From: Zootoca vivipara
Lineage: Eukaryota
Direction: 5' to 3'
Length of the DNA stretch: 64,000 nt
Assembly (NCBI RefSeq): GCF_963506605.1
Contig: NC_083288.1
Span: 28,396,001-28,460,000, forward strand
Position numbers and translations under genes: made by a program. Below the pieces are notes generated by a model, which worked only from the letters and a program-made list of their open reading frames with translations, did not search any database and had not been told where the DNA came from. Shown here in pieces: positions 12,627 through 24,305 of this stretch (position 1 is its first letter; each line of letters begins with the position of its first letter).

Positions 12627-13047
12627 TATTTCCATGTGCCAGTTGTTATGAATTGGATTGGAACCATATCTTTGAAAAACAAAACAAAAAACAACAACAA
12701 CTTTACAAGCTTTCCTGGAAACCAAAACAATGCCGTTGCCTATGTTTAGTAAATGTCATTTGCTGTTTCCCCTGTGATCTAATACAGCATCTTAGACTGG
12801 TACAGGATAAAAGTGTTTGACACTACTCCACCAGGAAAAGCTTTGGATTCATCTGTAATGCAGACTTCAGACTGTTGGTGAAAACAGTCAAGTCTTGCCA
12901 GTCAGAAAACATTTTTTTGCCAGTGCAGACTTAATTTAGGCCCAATGATTTATTTGCAATCAATCCTCCGAAAAGGAAAAAGGGTTTCTCATTTTTCAAC
13001 TGTTGCCAAGCAAAATCTGGGTTTGGTAGGATCCTTCGAAGGAAAGC

Positions 13048-13050
13048 ATG
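13048..13050 (+). CDS. Putative coding exon 1 (ATG only) of the OR at 15090-16034
   Basis: agcATG|GTAAGT: consensus donor, phase 0, in frame with acceptor ttgtttctgtgcag|aac (15089/15090). Confidence 0.6.
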
Positions 13051-13844
13051 GTAAGTCCTTGTGTGCTGAGATGGATCTTTGTTACTTAGAAGTACAATTA
13101 GAGAAAATAAACTGAAATGCAAATCTGATAGAAAATGCTTCAAATATGCTGTTTGTTAGTATGTATATTTACTAGAAAGTGGGTTCTATGGAGTTCAGTA
13201 GAACTTTCTCCCAATTTAGACACCTTAATATCCATCTATTTCAATATAGAGGCCATATGGCACTATTTACACTGATTAGAACAAGATTTTATAATATCGA
13301 ATAAAACTGCTGGAAATAAAGGGGGAAATGCATATTTGTTTTCTGGAGAGAATAGAACAAAAAGTTATAATAAATTCAATACTTTTGCAGCACACCATGA
13401 ACACCATTGTACTCGGTCAAATGATAAATAATTAGTTTTTTATGCTTTTAAATAAATAACAAACATTTTTCACTTGATTGCCGCTGAAAATTATGAGTAG
13501 CTATTTGGAAAGTAGATTTATTTATCTATTTAGCAAAGGGCATTTATACAAATCATGAAATAAGACTTTGCTCTTATCCATCAGGGCTTTTTTAAACACT
13601 CTTACAATTCAGAAGATCTTTCTGTAGATCTAACCTTTGCAACCTTTAGTTTATAACTAAAAAAAAAAAAAAACTTATACTGAACCCAGTAGGACTTAAT
13701 TCAGAGTAAACACGCATAGAATGATGAAAGACTTTTCACCATAAAGGGTTATATTTTATTCAGTGTGATCTATTGGGAGCCACTGAACATTAGCACTAAA
13801 GCAGTGAATAGACTTAAACAGGATGGAAGCAATTCTAGTCATTA

Positions 13845-14168
13845 AAGGTAAAGGGACCCCTGACCGTTAGGCCCAGTCGTGGACGACTCTGGGGTTGTGG
13901 CGCTCATCTTGCTTTACTGGCCGAGGGAGCTTCCGGGTCATGTGGCCAGCATGACTAAGCCGCTTCTGGTGAACCAGAGCAGCGCATGGAAACACTGTTT
14001 ACCTTCCTGCTGGAGCGGTACCTATTTATCTACTTGCACTTTGACATGCTTTCGAACTGCTAGGTTGGCAGGAGCAGGGACCAAACAATGGGAGCTCACC
14101 CCGTTGTGGGAATTTGAACCGCCTACCTTCTGATCGGCAAGCCCTAGGCTCAGTGGTTTAATCCACAG
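13845..14168 (-). mobile_element. Sauria SINE
   Basis: aaggtaaagggacccctgacc... tail end and tRNA-like head on the minus strand; 10-bp TSD ctagtcatta (13835-13844, 14169-14178). Confidence 0.9.
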
Positions 14169-15089
14169 CTAGTCATTACATCAAGTTAAATGCATGTACT
14201 CAGATACAAAATATATGGAAACGCTGGAGTGCTGGTGCTGTTCCATGGAAAGGCTGAATTAAATTCAGAGCAATAGCATCTTTTTCCCCCCTGTGGAAGC
14301 ATGTGCTTTTAATTTTATTCTTAAATGCTAGTCCCTCCTGTAGCACACGGGGCTTTTAAACTTGTGAAGTACAATCATATGCATGTGAATTTAGAAGTAA
14401 ATCATGCTATGTGTTCTGTAGGGCTTTCTTCCATGTCAGGACACAGGATTATACTAACAGTGGTATTCAAAAATATTTTTCTTATTCCCCAGAAAATAAA
14501 TGATGCTATTGATTGATTGATTGATTATTTATTTATTTTATCATGTTGCATCCAGTTGGCGTACCTCCAACTGATATTTGATCCAGTGGGATGAGAAAGA
14601 GCCAATTTTCAGTGACTGTCCCTTTCCTATGGACCCTGCTGCACTACATCCCACAACATTTTGAAGCTCTGGAGCATATATTTGGAAGTGCGGGGATTTG
14701 GGAGAGATGGGAAGTGACTAACAAAAATGTTTAATGATAAGGGAGGGGAGGGAGGGTTTGCTCTTCTGCCGACTGGACTGGTCAGGCACAGGTGGCTTTT
14801 ATGCATGGCTGGCTGGCTGGCTGGCTTTTCCCTTTTCTTTGATGACACTGGTCCTCATTTTGGGCCAGGGCTGTTTGGCCACCCTATGTGCTGTGAAATT
14901 AGGATTTATTTGTCTCAAGATGCACCATTTTTTTGCTTAATCTGCACTGAGGTGGGGGCTAGGAAGGTTGCTATAGCTACTGGATATCCCAGAAAATTAG
15001 ATTGTACAAAAACTCATATTTGAAAAAAACAAAACTAATTTGGGTGCTAGGTTCTTTTTGTATTCACTGTAAGTGTTGTTTCTGTGCAG

Positions 15090-16034
15090 AACAGGCATTC
15101 AGTCACGGAGAGACAAAACCAATCCATTGTTAGAGATTTCATTCTACTGGGCTTCCCAACATCCCTGGAATTCCAAATCTTGCTCTTCACATTGTTCCTC
15201 ATTGTCTACGTTTTGGTTTTGTCTGAGAACATCATGATAATGCTGACAGTCTGGGTGAACAACAACCTCCACACTCCCATGTACTTCTTTCTGTGGAACT
15301 TGTCCTTCTTAGAGATCTGGTACATCACCGTCACCCTGCCAAAGGCTATGGTGAACTTTGTGATAGAGAGCAATCGGATCTCCTTTGTGGGATGCATGAT
15401 GCAACTCTATTTCTTCCTGGCATTGGGCTGCACCGAGTGTGTCCTCCTTGCCGTCATGGCCTATGACCGCTACGTTGCCATCTGCTACCCTTTGCGCTAC
15501 CAGGTAATCATGACACAAACTCTCTGTATCCAGCTGGCAGCTGGATCATGGATGAGCGGCTTTTTCATCTCCACGTGGAAAGTCCTCCTAATATCTCAGT
15601 TGACATACTGTGGTCCCAATATCATAAATCACTTCTTCTGTGATGTATCACCACTTCTGAACTTGTCTTGCACTGATATGTCCATGTCTGAGCTGACAGA
15701 TTTCATATTAGCTTTGTTTATCCTATTGACTCCCCTTTGTGTCACTACCATGTCCTACATTTATATCATCTCCACCATCCTACGCATTCCCTCAGCCAAG
15801 GGCCGCCAGAAAGCATTCTCCACCTGTGCGTCTCACCTCACTGTGGTAGTGATCTTCTACTCTGCCAGTATTTTCATCTATGCCCGCCCCAGGGCCATCA
15901 GCTCCCTCAATTCGAGCAAACTTGTTTCACTTCTTTATGCTGTCATAGTTCCCCTTTGCAACCCGATTATTTACTGTCTCAGGAACAACAAAGTGAAGCA
16001 AGCACTGAAGAAAACCCTGTTGTGGATGCCATAA
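15090..16034 (+). CDS. Olfactory receptor, OR6A2/I7-like; main coding exon (ACG in place of the usual ATG at 15105)
   Basis: Intact 7TM frame: [58 protein letters not shown]. The first in-exon ATG lies within TM1. Confidence 0.9.
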   Translation, partial: NRHSVTERQNQSIVRDFILLGFPTSLEFQILLFTLFLIVYVLVLSENIMIMLTVWVNNNLHTPMYFFLWNLSFLEIWYITVTLPKAMVNFVIESNRISFVGCMMQLYFFLALGCTECVLLAVMAYDRYVAICYPLRYQVIMTQTLCIQLAAGSWMSGFFISTWKVLLISQLTYCGPNIINHFFCDVSPLLNLSCTDMSMSELTDFILALFILLTPLCVTTMSYIYIISTILRIPSAKGRQKAFSTCASHLTVVVIFYSASIFIYARPRAISSLNSSKLVSLLYAVIVPLCNPIIYCLRNNKVKQALKKTLLWMP

Positions 16035-16529
16035 GGACTTCCCTTATGGCTGGTTTGGAGACTGCTATTAGCACAGAATACCATAGCCTGAGTGGTGCCC
16101 CTTACTAGACATATGTCACACCTGTGCTAAGGGAACTTCACAGGTTGTCTATTAAGTCCAAGCCAGATTTAAAGTTATGTTACTAAAATATAAAGCCCTA
16201 AACAGGTCTGGACTATGTTATCTGAAAGAACCAATTGCCCTACATTAAGCTCAGCAAATGGAACAAAGTTAGCCTTTCCATGAACTTCTGGTGATCAACT
16301 TCTGGTGATACAGAGACAGATCTTGTGTCTGGTGGCACTGGTGTTATGGAAAGCACTCCTTGCTGTATGTATGAGAGGACATACCTATATTGACATTGCA
16401 CTGGGCTTTGAAGGCACAGACATTCCCTTGGTCTCTCAAAATGTTTCAAGCACTGTATTTTTTTTAATGGGATTGTTTTACTGGATGTTTTAATGATGGA
16501 GGTTTATGTTTCAATGTTTTATTGTGTGT

Positions 16530-16530
<1 letters not shown>

Positions 16531-16577
<47 letters not shown>

Positions 16578-16603
16578 TTTTATACCTCACCCATCTGGCT
16601 GGG
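16531..16603 (-). repeat. (TAA)n microsatellite with short L2 3'-end remnant
   Basis: (taa)n followed by tttatacctcacccatctggctggg. Confidence 0.8.
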
Positions 16604-17228
16604 TTATGGATTAATTATGGATGTTTATATTTTAATATTTGTACAATTGGTTTTTATACTTGTAAACCACTTAGAAACCTATTTTTGCATTCAGTTCTAT
16701 ACAAATTTAACAAAAGCAAGAATAATAATCCAGGGAAGAGTTCAGATTCAATATTAAAGAGAAGTAGGTAGCATGCTGCTCTTGCCTATTAAAAAGGCAA
16801 GGACAGCTGTTTTTTGAACCAACCAGGGAGTGGAGAAGCTTTTTTGGCTTAAGGGTCACATTCCAAAGGTTACATGCTGGTAGTGTGCAGGGCCAAATCT
16901 AAAAGTGGGGGGGGGGGGCAAGGAAGCCACCTACAAAGTCCATAGAGACATCCATACACTTCTCCCCTTCAGACACATCAATATTCCATTAATTCACACA
17001 CATTTAGATGCTTAATGTACAGTATCCTGAAACAATGATAAAGGGGCACTGCTAAGAGTACTGCTTGCCCCACAGGTATGCTTAATATGTACAAGAAAAC
17101 AGGCTTTTAGGGTTGCATCTCCAGCCCTCTGGAATGAGTAGCCAGTATTTTTTAACTTCTTCAAGTAAAATGTCTTCCAGAATCTCTCTATCAAGCCAAG
17201 ATAGTCATAAGACATTTCCAAAATTAAA

Positions 17229-17231
<3 letters not shown>

Positions 17232-17297
<66 letters not shown>
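17232..17297. repeat. Palindromic (TG)n-CG-(CA)n microsatellite
   Basis: Direct read. Confidence 0.95.
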
Positions 17298-17300
<3 letters not shown>

Positions 17301-17472
17301 AACATCTGACTGCAGTAATAACAAGACTGTCCTAAGGGCTATGGTGCTGAGTACTTAAACTGGTGTGTAGCCAGATCCTCTGCATGGCTTAAATCCTTCA
17401 AAATTAATTAAAATGAATGAAATTAAGGTAGACATATTTGTTAATTTCAATGGGTCTCTCCTCTGAGTAGTA

Positions 17473-17687
17473 AAGGCAAAGGTAAAGGGACCCCTGACCA
17501 ATAGGTCCAGTCGTGACCGACTCTGGGGTTATGGCTCTCATCTTGCGTTATTGGTCATGTGGCCAGCATGACAAGGCCGCTTCTGGCGAACCAGAACAGC
17601 ACACGTTGTTTACCTTCCTGCTGTAGTGGTACCTATTTAGCTACTTGCACTTTGACGTGCTTTTGAACTGCTAGGTTGGCAGGAGCA
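17473..17687 (-). mobile_element. Sauria SINE, 5'-truncated
   Basis: Same family as 13845; flanking direct repeat ctctgagtagta (17461-17472, 17705-17716). Confidence 0.85.
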
Positions 17688-18653
17688 GTAGTACTAACTA
17701 TATACTCTGAGTAGTACTAACTAATATATAAATTCCTCTAATATAATGCATTTTATATTGCTGTTATATACAATTTAATGCACACCTTTCCCCAATGTAT
17801 ATAATATAAACATTGTTTTGTTGAAGAATTGCATTGCAAAATTCAGGGAAGAGAAAATTAAGAAGAAATAGCTGCAATGAATAGCTGCATTCTGGATCAG
17901 TTGAATTTCTTTTGCATCCCTATTCTGAATACGACTCAGTTTTATGCCACCCAGAAGTTAGTTCAGGGGGGCTGACTCCCTGGTATGTATGCAATGGATG
18001 ATGGTCCTAATTCCACTGAACTCAGTTTCCAGAGCCTTAGATTTTGAGAAACGAATATGTATTTTACATTTGTGTCTTTTTCATGTGTGTCTTCAAAAGA
18101 TTAGCTACATTCTGGAAGGAAGACTCACTGAAATTACATATAGGCAAGAATATAAGTTGAGGAGGCTTGCTTAAAGTGCCTATTCATTCTAAGACTGAAA
18201 AATAAAGTCAAGTCCTTGGGAACTATTCTATTATGTAAAGGTAAATACAGAAATACATTTGAAATTGAACTGATTTTCATTTACAAACCAAAGTATATTC
18301 TCATGTTACTGTATGTCTCCTGCATATGTGTCTCATAACATAGTCTACAGGGGGAATCCCCAACTATGCAAGGAATGGGATTTAACTATTGGGTTAAAAT
18401 GTTTGTATATCTTGAGATAATTTAGTCTTGTATTTTCTTTCTTTTTTTACTTTTAGGGAAAGCTATAAAGAGGGAGCAGATAAGTTATTTTTTTAAAAAA
18501 AGAAACAGTGTTTCAGAGGAAAATAACAGTAACAATACAGGTATTTTACTGGATAATCTGAATTTTTTGTCTACACGATTCATTTGTTATGGCATGTTAG
18601 CATGTGTAAAGTGATGTTACATTTATGTTATGCAACAGTGTTTTGTGTTGTGT

Positions 18654-18791
18654 NNNNNNNNNNNNNNNNNNNNNNNNNNNNNNNNNNNNNNNNNNNNNNN
18701 NNNNNNNNNNNNNNNNNNNNNNNNNNNNNNNNNNNNNNNNNNNNNNNNNNNNNNNNNNNNNNNNNNNNNNNNNNNNNNNNNNNNNNNNNNN
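18654..18791. other. Assembly gap (N run)
   Basis: Ns, abutting the 3' end of an L2 copy. Confidence 0.99.
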
Positions 18792-19082
18792 TCTGGCTGG
18801 GTTTCCCCGGCCACTCTGGGCAGCCTCCCACCGAAAATTAAAAACAGTACAGCATCAAACAATAAAAACTTCCCTAAACATGGCCGCCTTCAGTTGTCTG
18901 TTAAAAGTAAAATAGTTACTTATTGCCTTGACATCTGCTGGGAGGGCGTTCCACAGGGCGGGTGCCACTACCGAGAAGGCCCTCTGTCTGGTTCCCTGTA
19001 ACCTCACTTCTCGCAATGAGGGAACCGCCAGAAGGCCCTCGGTGCTGGATCTCAGTGTCCGGGCTGAATGATGGGGGTGGAG
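18792..19082 (-). mobile_element. L2-clade LINE 3' fragment
   Basis: Same 3' UTR and ORF end as the copies at 1377, 11416 and 47123. Confidence 0.85.
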
Positions 19083-22000
19083 GGGGCCCCGCCTGCTAGC
19101 CTGCTCCCTAAAATATCACTGGTTTGCTCATTTCTATATATAGGGTGCCTACATTCTGCATGTGAAAATGGCTTTAGATACCTATTAGGTCCATAAATTA
19201 CCATATAGCATATATTCAACACAAAAACAGTGACAATTTGTTGTTGACAAAGGACAGCTGGACATATATAGGGCCCCATTACCTTCAGTAGCTTAGGGCC
19301 TCATCAGACCTAAATCTGGCCCTGATTTTATCTCATCATGTTTTCTAAGGACTTTGAATTACACTCTCACATTATTTATATGAACTGTGCAAAGCTAAAC
19401 TGTGGACTTTGGGGGGGGGATGTATTGAATTTGTCTAAATTTGTGGCTGATTTGATAAATTTTTAGAAAACTAATAAAATGATTTGTCCACTCTGAAGAA
19501 AAAACAACGATGGAATTTGGTCCCACAACATGCAATAATGGCCACCAATATGGATGACTTTAAAAGAGGGCTAGAGTAGTGGCGGACCTTGGGGTCTCAA
19601 ATTTCAGTGGCACCTTGTGTGGCATCAAAATTTGGCACTTTCACAGACAGGAAAGAAGAAAAAGCTTTATGGAAATTCTGGCCAACAGATTTCAGCACAG
19701 AACTAGTTATATCTAGGAGTTTGATGTCCCTGGATGTACAGGAGCAGTCTACACATATTTCCCACACATTTCCTGGATGTCTTCTGCTGCTTTACTTTTT
19801 TTTGAATAATAATAAAGTGTTTGAAACCCAAATGACAAAATTTGTTTTCTTGTGAGTGCTTTCAAAAACCAGTATCTTAAAATGTGCAACCAATTTAATC
19901 TGCATGTATAAACTTCCTTGCTGTTCATTTATCTGTATGGCAACTCTATAGCCAGCACACTGCAAAAACCCCTCACTGTTATGCAGATGTTTAATTTACA
20001 CTTAGAAAATGTTGCATCTGTTCTGCATTTCAGAACATAGTAACACTCTGGGGACTGAGTCTGAAGTGAGCACCATTTACTCAAAGAGAGAAAACTATTA
20101 CAAGAAACAAGAACACAATCCCACTGAGGTAAGTTCTTCCCACTTTAAATACGTTCATGGATACATTCATGTATTTCAGTGGGAGAAGGCAAAATCCCTG
20201 AAGATCTTGATTTAACTATGAATAGAAGGTGCACAGCTTTGGAGTAAAGAAGTTTCTGAGTCATGCAAATGTACAGTTTGTACACCATCCTTGGATTAAC
20301 AAAGGTGAGAGATGATTCTTGATGATATAACCACCATAACTAATCATAGTAATGTTGTAGCATGTATATGAATAGATTTTCTAAAATTATTACAGACAGT
20401 TGAAACTGATAATTATTGTATGTTACACAAATTTAGCATTTCCTCTTTTAAATTTCTGCTCCATACAATTAGGAGCTGCAATGTTTTGAAAGAAGGTACA
20501 TCCACATTTTTTTATTCTTTTTTTCCTGAAGCTTTTGATGTTATTGGATGGGAAATGGTGAATCCTTTGAAGAAGGGTTTGGGACATCTTTACATAAGTA
20601 ATTTCTGACATATTTCCACGTCTGCTAAAAGGAAAATAGGTAATGCAAGCTGGCTTTTTAAAAAGCATGTAACTGCATGTTTTCATATTTATTTATTTTC
20701 ATTAGCTATTATGGAGGCTGTTGAAGAGAAAGAGTAGTAGCCATTATATTTTCTAGGGATGATATACACTTCTTAACTACATTCACAGTCATGTTTCAGA
20801 ACAATACATAGCGTACGTTATTTATAAGATAAATACAACAAATTGTGTACTTGGAACCTGCACTGTACATGAGGATCATTCTTCAATCCTTCAAGCAAGA
20901 TGTGAATGCCCACACTCTACATGGGGTAATAAAAATTATACTTGCTGAAGTCCCTGCATGTCCATCAGAGCTGTGAAAGGGAATGATATGTGGACTTGGA
21001 GAGAACCCTCAGCTCCAGTACAAAGGTACATGACATCTGGGAAGTAGACAAAAGTCTACCACACCATGCTTCTAGTAGTCACATTTGCTTGTTTCTCCAG
21101 ATGGTTTGTGTCCGTCCGCCCCCCCCCCTTCCCCAATCTTGGAAAACAGTCTGATATTAGCTCTGAGCAGAAACTGGAATTTTGATAAGGGAATTATTAG
21201 CAGGACGGAAAATTCCTTGTTCTGCTCCTGGTCAATTAAGAACCACTGGGGATCACAGTGGGTAGAAAATACCATAAGCCAACTGACTACCATAGGAAAT
21301 GTGTATATGCAGCTATGACTTGATATTAATGGGCGGGGTATAAATAATAAATTATTATTATTATTATTATTATGTATGAAATACAGTTAAACTTTAGTAC
21401 TACTCTATGGTAACTCAAACACAATATTTTTCCGCAGACACATCCCAAATGATGACTCACTAATTCACTGAGATACCATTCAATTTGTTCCTTCTCTCCT
21501 TTTCATATTGTATGAATAAAAAGAAAAGGAGCCCTATGGAGTATATGACTTTCATGAGTTTTGGGTTGTTTGCATGTGCTGAACTCAATGCTTTGTCTGC
21601 CACAGAGCCACATCAACTTACATAATGGCTCTATTCCGGCCAGTATATTTGAGCCCCTCTTTGGGGGAGAATAGGTCTCTTTTTTCATTTTACAATAAAA
21701 TAGTAAAAATGAAGGACATTGAAAAGATTTGCATATTATGAGAATTGACAATTCTGTCTGCATGTGGGGGTGGTCAATATTTTGTATGATGCTCTGTCTA
21801 GGAACATAGGAAAATAAAGATCTTCCTTATGCTCCCTCACACAACTGATCTATCTAGCTCAGTATTGTCTACCCACTGATCTTCAACTGGTCAGGACCTA
21901 CTACTCAGACATGGCCTGACCCAGGAACACTACCACCATGCAGTTGTAAGGTAACACATTAAGAGACGGGTACCCAAAAGCATGTTTCAGTTAAAAGTGG

Positions 22001-23000
22001 GTCCTGAGTCTGAAAAGGCTGAAGATAACTGACCTACACTTACTGGTAGCAGATGTCCAGGATCTCAGGCAGCTGTCATACTTAGCCCTTTCTGGAGATG
22101 CTGGAGATTGAACCTGGGACCTGTTGTAGTCTAATCAGATGAACAAGAGCTATCAATCACAGGCAAGAGAGGACTCAAACATGTTATCCCTAGCTTGCAG
22201 TTGGAATAATACAGCACAGCAAGTGAAGCATCACACTATTCTACTAATATGGGGAGTTGGGGACCAGTTTCCTAAACTGGTAAAAATGCCCACCAATTCA
22301 TTTTCACTGGGCAAGGCAAGGTAACTGCTCCAACAGTCTGATTTCGGAAAATATTATGAGGCCCATTTTAGAATGAGAGTATAATACATTCAAAAAATCT
22401 CAGTTGAGTGCAAGATTAACGAGGCCCAACATGGCCTTGTACAGCAGATGCATGTATCCTACAACAGCTTGACATTCTGTCAAGTGTACATTTTGTGGCA
22501 AGCTTGGATCTGTTGCTTCACAATGAATGCAGCAGAGCATTCTCGTTTCTATATAGTGCAGATGCCATCTTTCACAAGGCAGTGCAGAAAAATTACACAC
22601 ATTGAAAACTTGCTTGCAGAATAAATAACGGAGCAGTCAATCTTAGGTGAAAACAGATATATTAAGTTATTATAGTTGTTGCTGTTTTCTAGATGTTGTT
22701 TATTTGATATTTTAAGGAGTCCACAACACCATCTCTTGCAAAAATCTGTTCACACTTTTATTTGTCTTCCAGAATTGAAATAATTTCAAGAAAGACAAAG
22801 CTTGCACTGTATTCATCGGTTCTTTTTTAAAAAAAAAAAAGAGAGAGAGAGAAATGAAATGGTGTGGGAAATGGAGAACTGTGGGAATCCAATAATATTT
22901 TATCATATGACATAGACAGCAATGGAGACAGAAGGCACAATTCTGCTTTAAACCCCCCATCATAATCACAACCCATGTTCTTTATGGTCAAGAAAAGAAA

Positions 23001-23933
23001 ATGGAAAACCACACAATGGTTACACAATTCATCTTAGCGGGTTTCCAAGGCGATCTAGAACTACAGCTGGCTCTCTCTATTCTCTTCCTGCTGTTGTATG
23101 TCATTACCTTAATAGGAAATATTGGAATGATAACCATCATCACTATTGATGACCAACTGCAAAGTCCTATGTACTTTTTCTTGAAAAACTTATCCTTTTT
23201 GGATGTCTGCTACTCTTCAGTTATCACTCCCAAAGCCATGCTGAGTTTTGCTACTGGAAACAAGGTCATTTCCTACAGTGAGTGTGCCATTCAAATGTTT
23301 TTCTTCTCTCTCTTTGGGACCACCGAATGCTTTTTCCTTGCTGTGATGGCGTATGATCGGTTCACTGCCATCTGCAATCCACTGCTTTACAATGTCACAA
23401 TGTCCAAGAAGACCTGCACACTTCTGGTGGCCATTTCCTACTGTTTTGGCTTTATCAATTGTTGCACACAGACAAGCCTCTCATTCAGCTTGTCCTACTG
23501 TGCGCCGGGAGAGATCAACCAGTTCTTTTGTGATGTCCCAGCAGTCATGAAGGCCTCTTGCTCAGACACTTTTGTAAATGAAATGGTGCTTTTGGGGATG
23601 TGTGGATTTATCATTATTATAACCTCCACAACTGTACTAATCTCCTATGGCTACATAGTGGCCACAATCCTGCGCATACCTTCGGTGGAGGGGAGACACA
23701 AGGCTTTCTCAACCTGTACTTCTCATATCATGGCTGTAGTCTTGTTCTTTGGGTCAGCTTTCTTTATGTATGGCCAACCCGGAGCTCTCTCTTCTCCTAA
23801 CCAAGGCAAAGTGGTATCTGTCTTCTACACTATTGTCATCCCAATGTTGAACCCCTTAATCTACAGCTTGAGGAACAAGGAGGTCAAGGATGCCTTGGGG
23901 AGACTGTTGAAAAGGTTCATTTTCATCCAGTAA
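23001..23933 (+). CDS. Olfactory receptor, family 5/9-like (310 aa)
   Basis: Intact ORF: LQSPMYFFLKNLSFLD, MAYDRFTAICNPLLY, CDVPAVMKASCSD, KAFSTC, PMLNPLIYSLRN. Confidence 0.95.
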   Translation: MENHTMVTQFILAGFQGDLELQLALSILFLLLYVITLIGNIGMITIITIDDQLQSPMYFFLKNLSFLDVCYSSVITPKAMLSFATGNKVISYSECAIQMFFFSLFGTTECFFLAVMAYDRFTAICNPLLYNVTMSKKTCTLLVAISYCFGFINCCTQTSLSFSLSYCAPGEINQFFCDVPAVMKASCSDTFVNEMVLLGMCGFIIIITSTTVLISYGYIVATILRIPSVEGRHKAFSTCTSHIMAVVLFFGSAFFMYGQPGALSSPNQGKVVSVFYTIVIPMLNPLIYSLRNKEVKDALGRLLKRFIFIQ

Positions 23934-23974
23934 ACACTCAGCTATATTATGGTTGGCAGTGCACAACATTCAGT

Positions 23975-24305
23975 TTCTCCACATTGAAGCAAAATGGGAA
24001 GTGCTGCTTTGCCCTGTTGCTCTTGCTAATCCCACCACCTGCTCCTGTTGCTGCTGCCTGCTCTGCTGCTGCTGTGAGCCCAGCTGTATCCACTGCTGGC
24101 AGAGAAGGAACACTGCTATCAGCACCAATTTTGGGCAAGATCATGCCAATTTCAGATGGGATATTGCCGCCAACGGACACACTCTTGCTCAAAATTGGCG
24201 CTGCTGGCAGTGGCACTTCTCTGCCACTGGTGGAAGTGATGGGGCAGGCATGCTGCCTGGGGGGCTTCTGCCACCTGAAGCAATGGCCTCAACCCAACTG
24301 AGACA
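23975..24305. mobile_element. Non-autonomous interspersed repeat (inverted relative of 45306-45625)
   Basis: Shared segments caaaatgggaag and ggcatgc..cctggggggcttctgccacctgaagca in opposite orientation. Confidence 0.6.
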
